Translations under genes and position numbers: made by a program
Shown: positions 25,315 through 36,395 of the stretch, one piece after another
Layout of the letters: each line of letters starts with the position of its first letter
Position numbering within the stretch: position 1 is the first letter of the stretch
Source of the DNA: Marsupella aquatica
Lineage: Eukaryota > Plantae > Marchantiophyta
Length of the DNA stretch: 64,000 nucleotides
Direction: 5' to 3'
NCBI GenBank assembly: GCA_973895155.1
Contig: OZ316894.1
Span: 12,874,828-12,938,827, forward strand
The notes under the pieces: model-generated
The model's database searches: none
Seen by the model: only the letters and a program-made list of their open reading frames with translations
Told to the model about the DNA's origin: nothing

Positions 25315-28250
25315 CTAATGTCTGGCACGCTTGCCAGACCCGCCCGAGTTGGATTTAGAGCGGCCATCCCGTTGCCTCCTGAGCCGGTGGGCGTCCTGCT
25401 TGAGCAACTGGACTTGGTCCAGCAGAGATTCGTTCTCTTGCTTTGCCGCGTCCGTCTCCTCCGCAGCTTCCTGGCATGCCTCTTCCAATTGTTGGGCGTC
25501 GCTCGTCAGCTTGTCCATCAATTGGGCTTGCTTTGTGGCTTTCTCTTGAAGCCGTGCCACTTTCGCCTTTAGGAGATCCACCTCGGCCGCATCTCGCTGG
25601 GCCCGGGCGTCGGCCTCTTCCACGTCTTTTTGGCAGATGACGGCTTGCCCCTTCAAACCATCAATCTGGGTCTGGAGCCGTGCGATCTTAGCATCCTTTC
25701 CGGCTCCGACCTGTTCTGCCAAGGCTTCTCGGGCCCCAGCTTTGGCCACCTGCTCCAATGCGGCCGCTAACTGAGGTTGCAGCAGTTGAAGTTTGGTTTC
25801 TCGGGCTGAGGCTTTGTTTATCAGGTGGGTAGCCTCAACCCGATACTGCTCTATCTTTCGTGCGGCCTCAGTCTGCGTATGCCCTGCTCGTACTACCGTA
25901 ACCAATTCCTGGTTGAAGAAGTAGGCCACCTTCCGTGCCATGAAATCCCCTGTATCCCGTGCAATGTTTTGGGAGAAGTCACCCAACAACCCATTCAAAA
26001 ATGTGCCCGGTGCAAAGAGTTCCGGCCACTCCAGGCTATGCCCACTCGGGTTCGAGCAAGGACAGACCCCAGCTTGCGCGGGGGTCGGAGTGGTGACATC
26101 TAGTCCCTGAACTATGAAAATGGAGGGGGCTGGGTTCTCCGCAAGGGACAGGGAATTCTCCTGGACAGCCGTGGAGGTACCGGGGTGTCCTTTGTAATCA
26201 CAATCTTGGGCCCGGGGCCCGGGGCCGACTTCTTCCAGCCCAGCTTCAATGGTTGCGTTGGCCTGGTTGATCGAATCCAGGGTCGCAATAACCGCATCGT
26301 CTAGTATAGAAGGAGAGGTAGCAGCGGCTGGTTGCGGAGCCAGGGTAGTTGTGGGCCCCACGGCCATTGGACTTCTGGCCTCGGGTTGGGGTCACCTTTC
26401 CTGGGCCGGGAATACCCACCGTGATGGGGTTAGCTCGGGCTCATTGAGCCACGGGAGGTTTCGATGGTCGAAACGGGCATACCATTCGATGATTATTTTG
26501 ATGTGGCTTGCGAGGTATGCTTTCCCGCTGAGGTACAAGGTCTTCCTTTGTCGTTCCATCTCCTCATGGAACTTCTTGACGAAGAAAGAAGCCCACTTCC
26601 TAGGCCTATAGTTCTCAACCTGGATTACTTGGGCGGCGGATATCTCGCCCCTTGGCTCCATCATGTGGAGAGTGTACCTCTAGAACTCTAGTCGCTCTGC
26701 TATCTCCGGGATGAGGCATGTTCTCATCAAGAATCCGTTGTCCATTGCTCCTTCGGCCGAGAAGCTAGAGGACTGATACTTGGCTCCCTTGCCTCCGGGA
26801 GCCTATGATTCTACCCAATTTATTCCTTCAGGTAGGCCAAGATCAACTTGAACCGTGCCTCGCTTAGGGACCTCACTCTCCCATGCGCACGGGTTTGTTG
26901 GCGGGCCTCGTCAAAGTTTTGGATGAACTCTATTGTCCGGGTGACCGTGTTTTCTGGTAAGAGCATGTTGGCTCTTATGAAGTTAACCTTGCATGCCCAT
27001 AAGTTCTACACTAAAACCAAAATGATAACTCTTGTAAGAAGGGTGGTGGGTATTAAAGAAAGGTTCAGGTGAAACTAATATACTATTAAATCCTACTTCA
27101 CCATACTTGCGGATCAACACATCTCGGAAGATTAGGGATATCTCTCCCTCCTGGATTCATAATGACTCTTATTCCTTTGCTATCCGAGCCAAAGGATGCC
27201 CCACCCCTAAGTTCCCAAAGAGACCTTGTTCCCTAAGATCCCATCTATAAGTCTACCACTCATTCCTTTGCTATCCGGGCCAAAGGATGCCCCACTACTA
27301 TGTACATAAGGCAAAAGAATAGAATAGAAAGATAAGAGAAGAAAAAAGGATCGCTTCGACGCGGAAATTATCAAAATGTGAGAATGAAAAGAGAGTGCCC
27401 CTCACCACTTTATTTATATTGAATCCAAGAGGGCATGGATTACGCCCAAACGCTTGGATGAAAGCCAAGTGGCACACATCCAACGTAGGAATGTGTGCTA
27501 GTACTATTGCAATCAAAACAAATAATGCATGCAAGTAAAACAACTAATGCATGCACCTAAAATAATTTGTGCATGCATGCACCTTGTGGCTTGCACATTT
27601 GCTCACCTTGCATGCGCATAAAATAACTAATGCATGCAAATAAAACAATTTGCATGCATCTAAAACAATTTGTGCACGCACCTTGTGACTTGCACATTTG
27701 TTCACCTTGCATGCACATAAAATAACTAATGCATGCACCTAAAACAATTTGTGCATGCACCTTGTGGCTTGCACATTTGCTCACCTTGCATGCACATAAA
27801 ATGACTATTGCATGCAAATAAAACAATTTGCACATGCATCCAAATAATTTGTGCATGCATCTTGTGGTTTGCATAGTTGCTTACCTTGCATGCACATACA
27901 TAATAGTTACCCCGTAACAATATATAAAGCTAACCTATATACTTACTTATATACTTAGTGGTAATGATTTCATCATGAATAATTGAATTATCACGACACC
28001 ATCATATCTTGCCTATAGTACCTACAAGTATTCCAAGTATTCCAAGGGAGAGCGGCGAGGTGCTCAAACCCTTGGGTCTTCAGGTAGCGTGCATGCTTGG
28101 GGTGGCAAATATTCCTGTGGACATTCTCCCCTATGCGATGCATGGTCAGCTTGGCCATCGCAACCGTGGCCAAGGGCAGCCCGGATACAGCGACGAGTTT
28201 CTTCCTCTTCCTACCCCGAGACTGGTTCCCGCTGTCATCGGGGAAAATGT
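25315..28250 (-). pseudogene. Accessory ORF-B (copy 3), split by an insertion at ~26950-28028
   Basis: HARYLKTQGFEHLAALPW (28100-28045) continues as TIEFIQNFDEARQQTRAHG...LHMMEPRGEIS...KWASFF...YLASHIKIIIEWY (26949-26400), then coiled-coil ORF 26367-25315. Colinear with ORFs 18190-19700. Confidence 0.75.
27520..27905. repeat. CATGCA-rich tandem repeat (~4 units of 75-100 bp) inside the 1.08-kb insertion
   Basis: Recurrent ACCTTGTGGCTTGCACATTTGCTCACCTTGCATGCACATAAAATAACTAATGCATGCA. Confidence 0.9.
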
Positions 28251-30330
28251 TTGACGATTGAAGTGGAGTGTGCCGGAACTTGTTTTTAGTTCGGCTTGGA
28301 ATGTAATAGTTCTCTTATTGTGAAGGAAAAGAAACAAAGAGAAAACTGAATTTGAGTTGAAGGTTAGTGAGACAAAAGAGGAATAAAGAGTGAAGAATGT
28401 AGCTTAGGCTAAAAGAAATTAGGGCAATTATTGTGGTTGCGGCACGTGGCAGGCTGAGGGGATTTGAAATTCATAAGAACGTTCATGGCAGTTGAGGCGC
28501 GAAAGAGGCTAGAGTGATCTTCGGGAAAACCAAGGGAATGGGATGAAGGAGTTGCGAGTGCAGAGAAAAAGCCCAAGGGGAGTGGTAAGCAGCAAGAAAG
28601 AAACGGAACGAGTGGACGATCGTGCGAGGACATGGGGAGATGATAGTTATCATTCACAAAAAGAAGAAGAAGAAGGGAATGTTATGGCAGCATAAAAGCT
28701 TTTCATGAGTTGCAGAAATCAGGGACTGAAGCCGGATCGATTCTTTTGCTTAGATTCGAGGCATTCTTTTGCTTAGATTCGAGGCAGTGGCAAGGAAAAG
28801 GCAAAGAGAGGTGGAGGTGTGCTCGAGAGTTCAGAGGGAAAGAGGAGAGGGATTCGGCCAAGTAGTGGACGGGAATTTTTGGACTTCATGGAGAAATACT
28901 GTGCGCGCGCGATCTGAATTTAGAGCTTTTGAGTGAATAGAGGATTTCAGCTGAAGAGAGGGAATGGAAGGGGCGATGGTAAGTATTGAAGTGAATAGGC
29001 GAAAAGAGAGAAGGGAACATTAGGAACGAAGAGGGATTGAAGCAGGTTGCAAAATGAATGTAGTGAGCATCGAGCAAGAGTATGAAGCGGGAGTTAGTTT
29101 CATTCACGAGAAAACAAGGAGAAATGATGGCAGCAGAAAGCTTTTTCATGAGAAGCAAGAGAAAGACGAGAGGAGGTGGAGGCGCACTTGTAAGCTTCAG
29201 GGCCTTCGAGGGGACAATTGAATTGAGAGAGAGTGTTGCGACAACAGGGAATGAGCCAAACGAGCATTAAGCAGGAAGACAGCCAAAGACGAGGAATTCT
29301 GTGAGAGTTTTTTTTTTTAACTTTTCAAGAGAAGGTTGAAAGGCAACGGAGGTTCATAAGGGAGGAGAGTGAATTGCTGAACATGGGAGTTGCGGGAAGA
29401 GCCCTTGGGTGAGCAAGTTGAAAGAAGGCAAAAGCGAAGGGGGGAGCAAAAACTGAAATGTTTGAGTTCTTCAAGGATTGATTTTATTGAGGAAAAATTT
29501 GAGACGAACTCGGCCGGTGGAGTTTGATGTTAAACAGTGTGATTGAGGCACGTAAAGGGCGCAAGGAGGGTAAGAGGATCACAGAACTGAGAAGGAACGT
29601 ATGAAGAGAGGAAATTTATTGGTTTTGAGTGTTCTGTGATGCAGCTCAAGAATGAGTAAACAGAGAGATTAAACCTTTGGAGGGTGAAACGCGAAGCGAG
29701 ATTACTTTTGAGAAAGAAAGCAAGTGTTTGATAGGAGATGAAGAAAGATTTTTGGGTGCAAGGATGATAAGTGACAATGGAATAATTCAACTACTTAAGA
29801 GGGAAAAGTGTTAGAGCTTTGAAGCTTTTCGGTCGAAAAGGAGTAAGCAGAATGTGAGCTATGAAACGAAAATTAAGGCATCGAATGAAAACAGCAGAGC
29901 CAGAAACGCTGAAAAATTAACTTTAGATGTAGGAGATTAAAAGGAAAAATAAGAGTTGAAAGGTGGAGGGCCATGGAGTATATTCAAACTTAATAAGCAG
30001 GTGATAAGATCGAGAGTACTAAAGAGAAAAGGAAAAGGTGAACCTGCAGCAGACAGGTCATAAGGACTTGGTGAGTTCACTTCACAGGAATCGAAAGTGG
30101 AAAACAGTTGGCAAAAGGAGAGATAAGCCGTTTATGAAGCTTGTTAAAAAATTTCAACTAGAGTTATGGATCACCCCGACCACTATGGACTTGATGGTGT
30201 GGAGTTTTTGTTTTGAGTTTAAACTAAGGAAATTGATTTCATTTGATGAGTGAAACCCGGTGATTGGGTCCATTTTTAGACTAGGGATTGTCCGCTGCCA
30301 TGGGGTTTGAGGTTACCGGCCGTAGGTTTT

Positions 30331-31705
30331 TTTGTTGTAGGACTGGAAGCTTGAGGAGAGGAGGAAGAAAGGACAAGAGGAAGAGTGCAAGAAGAACGAG
30401 GACATGAAGGAAGCTCGCCGAAGACTGAAGTTGTGTTCAAAATGTCTGGGGGAAACCATTGACGAGCTTGAGACCGAGACCTGACCTGTTGACCTGAACT
30501 GAGTTTAGTATGGAGACCTGAGTTAGAGGATGAGCAACCGAATAAACATTTTGTAAACCCAAACCAAAACTTCTTCTTTTGAGAATAAAAGAAACAAATG
30601 ATGAGTTTGGACTATTTTGTTGTGATGGAAATGATGGGATGTTGTTGTGGTGAAAATGCTTTGTTGTTGTTGAGATGAAAATGATGAGTTGAAGTTAGTT
30701 GAAAGTTATGTATGAGCGTGATCATGAATACAATGAATTGTAAATGAAAGAAAGTGATGACTTAGTGTTTTAAAATGACTTAGTGTAATTTGGTACCACT
30801 TTGATGCATCAACAGGCTCAGAGGCGACCCCGATGGACAATGCGGTGACAGTGGCGGCCTCGGTGCCAGTACTTACGGCGGTAGCACTGCCACCGCCTGA
30901 TAGAGAAGACGGGAGATATCCCCCTCCACGAGTCACCCCGGTGTCCGGGGACCAGTTTAAAGCAATGTTAAAGTGAACTTTTTATGTTTTTAGGGACTTG
31001 GCCATAACATCATATTTTCATAGGTTGTTTCAATTTCTCTTAACCCTATTCAGTTTTCATTTTAAATACCAAATTACACTAAGTCATTCTTATTTAAACC
31101 ACTAAGTCATCACTTTCTTTCATTTACAATTCATTGTATTCATGATCACGCTCATACATAACTTTCAACTAACTTCAACTCATCATTTTCATCTCAACAA
31201 CAACAAAGCATTTTCACCACAACAACATCCCATCATTTCCATCACAACAAAATAGTCCAAACTCATCATTTGTTTCTTTTATTCTCAAAAGAAGAAGTTT
31301 TGGTTCGGGTTTACAAAATGTTTATTCGGTTGCTCATCCTCTAACTCAGGTCTCCATACTAAACTCAGTTCAGGTCAACAAGTCAGGTCTCGGTCTCAAG
31401 CTCGTCAATGGTTTCCCCCGGGCATTTTGAACACAACTTCAGTCTCCGGCGAGCTTCCTTCATGTCTTCGTTCTTCTTGCACTCTTCCTCTTGTCCTTTC
31501 TTCCTCCTCTCCTCAAGCTTCCAGTCCCACAACAACAAAAACTGGTCCCCAAACACCGGGGTGACTCGTGGAGGGGGACATCTCCCATCTTCTCTATCAG
31601 GCGACGGCAGTGCTACCACCGTAAGTACTGGCACCGAGGCCGCCACTGTCACCGCGTTGTCCATCGGGGCCGCCTCTGAGCCTGTTGATGCATCAAAGCG
31701 GTACC
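30331..31705. repeat. Near-identical inverted duplication (~630 bp) with permuted segment order
   Basis: 30331-30795 is the reverse complement of 31067-31537, and 30792-30958 is the reverse complement of 31539-31705. Confidence 0.92.
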
Positions 31706-32811
31706 CAGCCCGGTCCCATAAGAACCTGGTGGACTGCCGATAAGGGGAGGGGCCTCCTCATCCTCTGAGCTGAGGTTGACCTCATTTACCACGGACCGCA
31801 CTCGGGCAGATGGTGCGATGGGCGGTGGGGAATGGCTAGATGGATGCCGAGGCGGAGTCTGCGCCGGTGCTGGCCAGCTGGTTGTAGCTGGAGGGGGTGC
31901 CATAGGACTCATAAATTTGGAAGGGAAGCCGAGGGATGTCAGTATTGAGGGCCCACCCGCACTCGGACTTCTGTTAAACCAAAAGTTGAGGTAGGATTGA
32001 ACTCGGGTAGGTATATTGTCAAAGTGATGACGTTGGAGATCCACGGTGCCCAGGATCCTGAAGACCGTCCGGGAGTTGGAGGAGCGCTTCTCCAAATCCG
32101 AGGTACTTTGGGCCGTCAAAGAAGAATTTGGTGATCTCCTCGTTCCGCAAGTACTTGCTCTCAAACTGGAGACTGAAGTCGTTGTTGTAGTGTGAGCGCG
32201 CGTTTCTTTGGATAAGTTGTTCGTACTCTCTCTCGGCTTTGTATCTGCGCAGATTGTGTCCGACGAGTGACTTTGCAAGATGGCTCCCGATGCGTAGAAA
32301 TTGAAACCAAAATCGAATGGCGAAACTAGACATAACCATGACAGACATAAGTGTATGATCGCTCCAAGGGAAACTAGAGAGGCTGGGATCAAAGCTGGCG
32401 CGCGGAGTGAACTAGTGGCCCAAGACGGGGAAGATCTCGCCTTTTATACTCTTGTGGTGCGTTGACCGATTGGTTCCTCTTGCCTGTGATAGGCCGAGCC
32501 CCTCACGCTTGGGGGGGGGTACCGACCACTCCGCAGGTCCGGTTCAGAGCGTGCCAGTGGGCCGTCTCCGGATCTATTATACAGATCCGAGGCGGACCGC
32601 CATAATGCGCCCTTAATCCGGCGGTACGTCAGGTGCCACACCGCCAGCTCGAACACAAATCCCTATTATTACTAAATCCTGTCCTAAACATCATGACTAG
32701 CTAATTTGTGTCTTTATATTAATAACTACAGGCTACTAAGTCTACTTCCAACTTACGTAACACGGGTTAAGCCATATTACTCATTACCAGCCGTGCTGGC
32801 GGCGTCACACA
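31380..32811 (-). mobile_element. Retroelement terminus plus accessory ORF-A (copy 3)
   Basis: Minus strand begins TGTGTGAC at 32811 and shares GCTGGCRGYRYGGCACCTGA.GTAC with 14874-14898. TATAAAA at 32448-32442. ORF from 32348 (MSVMVMSSF...FFFDGPKYLGFGEALL) frameshifts into FRILGTVDLQRHHFDNIP and a Pro-rich tail. Confidence 0.65.
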
Positions 32812-34723
32812 AACACAAATTATAGTCAAATTTGGTTGTTCTTGCATAACTAATGGTTCCTGTTTGTGATTAATCATGCCGATGTGGCTGCATGTGCATC
32901 CAAGAATTTTGGAAAGAACTTCCCATGAGGGTCTGTAAAGAAATACTCATACGAGTCAACGAGTAAATGGTTCCTAGCACGAGTAAGACTTACTATTAGA
33001 GGTAAACCAATTACGTGTATGAGCAAGATTTTTGCTTGTAACAACAAAACTTTTTGCTTGTAGCATCAAACGTTTTTGATGTTTGCTGTCAGAGTGGTTA
33101 TATCCTTGATGCCAACAACACTCAATCAATCACGCTGATTCGATCACATACATATGTCAAGCCTAATGTATCTTGCACTCAAGGAATCCACGTTCATGTG
33201 CACACAACCTGGTCGGGGCCACACCATAGCCGCCAAAGCTCATGTTTGAAGGCCTAACATTGAAAGATTGATAAATGTCCCTCATAAACCCTATTGACTC
33301 ATATAGCACACATACAAAACCTCTATACCTAACTAGTATGATATACTGCTAACACTTAGAATGGTGTGATAGTTGTGTCACACCAAAATGTTAGTCCTTA
33401 AGTGGATTGCGCCTTAAATGCAACATAAGCTTGGTTAATATTGAGGGTTTGGTGAGGAGGGACTTATTGTCTGTGGTATTTCACCTAAACTAAAACTAAG
33501 AGTGCACCTTGCTTATAAAGCGCCAATTGCAAGCTAGAGTTGGGGCCCCTAGGGCTTAGAGTAAAACCCCTAAAACACGTGAGAACAAACCAATGAAATT
33601 TGAAAAAATACATTAATAAATTATTTCAATTAAAAATACCCTTATACCTTTTATTATATGACTTTGACAAAATTATAAATACCTTGCTTAATATAAAAAT
33701 TAATATTTTTACCAAAATTGGATTTGTAAATGCTTTTAGTACAAGTTTTTTATTATAATTATTACACCAACAAGATTAAAAATAACCTTCATTTGTTTGC
33801 ACCCCGTTTTAATAATCCAACGAGTGATTCCTGAGGGGTTGGGGCCTAGGCTTCTAGAGTGAAACCTCTAGACAATAACTACATGGCTCATCATGTGGAT
33901 GAGAAAACTCATGACTATGATATCAAACAATAAATAATCATGCATGTTTTTTATCATGCTTTTTATTTATATTAAGAAATGAGCTCTATTGCCCCACCAT
34001 TAATATGTACATAGAAAGAGGGATGTGCATAGAAAGAGTATGGTATGTTATGTATGATTATTAAAATGATGACATGCATGATGGTTTTTTATCATTTCAT
34101 TACCTTCAAAAAATGTGAATAAAGAAATTATTTTGGTGACATTTTTATTGTCCTCCCCGCTATCCAGGGTCAAAGAATGAGTAGTCCGGGCTAGTATTAT
34201 AATAACACAAAATATTTGGGTTTGTGCTTTTCCATTTCTCCTCTTTCTCTAGTTGCCTTGTTGGTGCACATCTAAAATTTATTTTAGACTAATCATCATC
34301 AAGGTATGGGTTCAAAACTCCTTTGGACCACCAAACTCCTTTGGACCACCCAAAATGTGTGGTCCATGGGAGCACCATGTTTACCATGATGGTCCATGTG
34401 GCTTCACTTTCATTGAGAGGAGAACTTTTTTTCTTAGTTTTTCTTTCATGAACTAATTTGTAACTATAACCATAAATACTAAATTATTTTTTGCAACAAC
34501 ATCATTGACCAATAACAACATGACCTCAAAAATGAAATGGCTACAACAATGAAATGATGATTGCAGCAAGGAAATGGCTGTAACATCAATTGTGCAACGC
34601 ATGGGCTCATGCAAGTATCACAAAAAAATTCAATCTTGGTATCGATGGACCAAAAAAGGCGATTGCATTGTCTAACTCTCTCAAATCATGCAAAACAAGC
34701 TACTGCTACTTTTTGGAAAGCTA

Positions 34724-36018
34724 CACTCTTTACAATATTTAGTGTCACAAAATAATTGGTGTCACTAACAATTAGTGTCACACACACTAATTAGGGGTAG
34801 CCCTTGATTTTCAGCCAAGTGACACTATTTACCGTCACCCCCAATTTTGAAAAATAAATTAACATATTGAAAAATATTGATAATTAGAGGTGACTATGTT
34901 ATCGGTGGTAAACCTAAACTGGACCCACTCCAAAATTATCCAGACTACCAACAACATCTCTTTGTGTGTATGTTCTTAGAAAGTTTCTTTGTGTTTTAGC
35001 TTGTCAGTCTTTGTGAAAGGAGGTTGACAGATTGAGAACATGGCAGGAATGGATTGGCCATCATAGCTGGATTTGCTAAAGCAAGGGAATTCAAAAAGAA
35101 TCAAGACTATATCAAAATGTCACTGGTAATTAATGTGCATCTCCTTTGGCTTATCCTCGCTTCACTTCAAAAAATGAAAAATGAAGACCCCAAAAATGTG
35201 GGGACTGGAACATAGGGCACATCTGGGAATTGATAAATCCACACAAACATTGTTTTTGACCTTGGCAAGGGACTCTCTAGGTAAGGGAAACATTTTGTTG
35301 ACAGACATAGCATGTCTTATGCACAAAATTCAATGATAAACATCCATTTGTCTCTAAATGTCAATGGTGTATAGTTGGAAATCAACTTACACTTGAGCTT
35401 CAAAATAGCATAGCGAAGTATGGAGTGAATTTTGAAGTGAGTAAAGTTGGCCTTGACATTGATGCTACTGTTGAAGTGGCTCCTGATGTGGTGAACCAGG
35501 TGAAGAGCCAGCTCAATCCACTTCTCTTGGGGCTGTATGCCGTCTTGCAAAGATGAGACACAAGGGACAGGTTATAAAAGTGTAAAAAGGATGTTAGTTT
35601 GTAGCTTATGTGAGATAACATGTGTTATTTGTAGTTGATAGAAGTGAATCAAACAAATCTTGTTTGCTTAGTGTGGTTGAATACCCCAACTGCAATTTTG
35701 TGTTATGTGAGAAGGAGTTATAAATTTTTGAAGTTTGCTCAATGTTTGGGTAATATATGGAAGGAATTATAAGTTTCTTAAGTTTTCTCAATGTTTGAGT
35801 AATAATTTTGTGAACTGTAATTAAATATTGTACGTATTTTTAAAATTTTTTAAAAGCAAATTTGACTAGAATTGTCCATTCTATATTTTTAATTTAAGTG
35901 TATGTGACACTATTTGACTTGTGACCAGAATTAGTGTCACACACCCTAATTACCGTCACTTACCTCAAATATAACCTCACAGTAATTAGAGTGTGTGAGA
36001 CTAAATATGTAAAGAGTG
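34724..36018. mobile_element. 1.3-kb non-autonomous TIR DNA transposon (CACTC termini, TA flanks; CACTA/CMC-like)
   Basis: Left CACTCTTTACAATATTTAGTGTCACA vs right (reverse complement) CACTCTTTACATATTTAGTCTCACA; TA on both sides; subterminal ATTAGTGTCAC repeats. Confidence 0.85.
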
Positions 36019-36395
36019 TACTTTTAAAAACTGAACCGTCCAGTGATGACTGAACCCTATATTTTACGTGGTACCACAAGCTTAGCAAAATTGTGATACG
36101 TCATGTGTTTAGATAACTACAGTAGATGATGGTGTGCGAGAGCACCTCTGTATGCCTTCAAGACTTTTCTCGTCGTATGTTTCTGTGCTCTATGTCAAAC
36201 ACACATGAGAGGATGGTATCATTTTCATGCAGACCTGTCCATTCAAGGCTGTTGCTCTTCTCGTCACAGTTCCTTACGGGACATAGCAAATGTGATAGAG
36301 AGGATGTAAATAGCTGTCCAGTTAGATTGTGAGCACGTTGGTGATGTTGAGAGTTGCAATTCCCGCTGGCTGAAGTCTACTCGAGAAAGGATCCA

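Noticed and set aside
27520-27905. CRISPR-like array
   Set aside because: No unique spacers, variable unit length, eukaryotic context and no cas genes; it is a minisatellite.
28250-30300. Short ORFs in the purine-rich tract
   Set aside because: Low-complexity GA-biased retroelement non-coding sequence; the translations are not protein-like.
16922-32811. One giant TIR element bounded by inverted TGTGTGAC ends
   Set aside because: No matching TSD for either left end (ATGGA or ATCAT vs AACAC), and the arms are too diverged; nested or adjacent retroelement pieces are more parsimonious.
32940-33080. End of a second copy of the 10.3-kb transposon (TTTGCTYGTAACA-like motifs)
   Set aside because: Only loose similarity to the subterminal hairpin, with no GTGAGGAAACAGG TIR and no partner end found.
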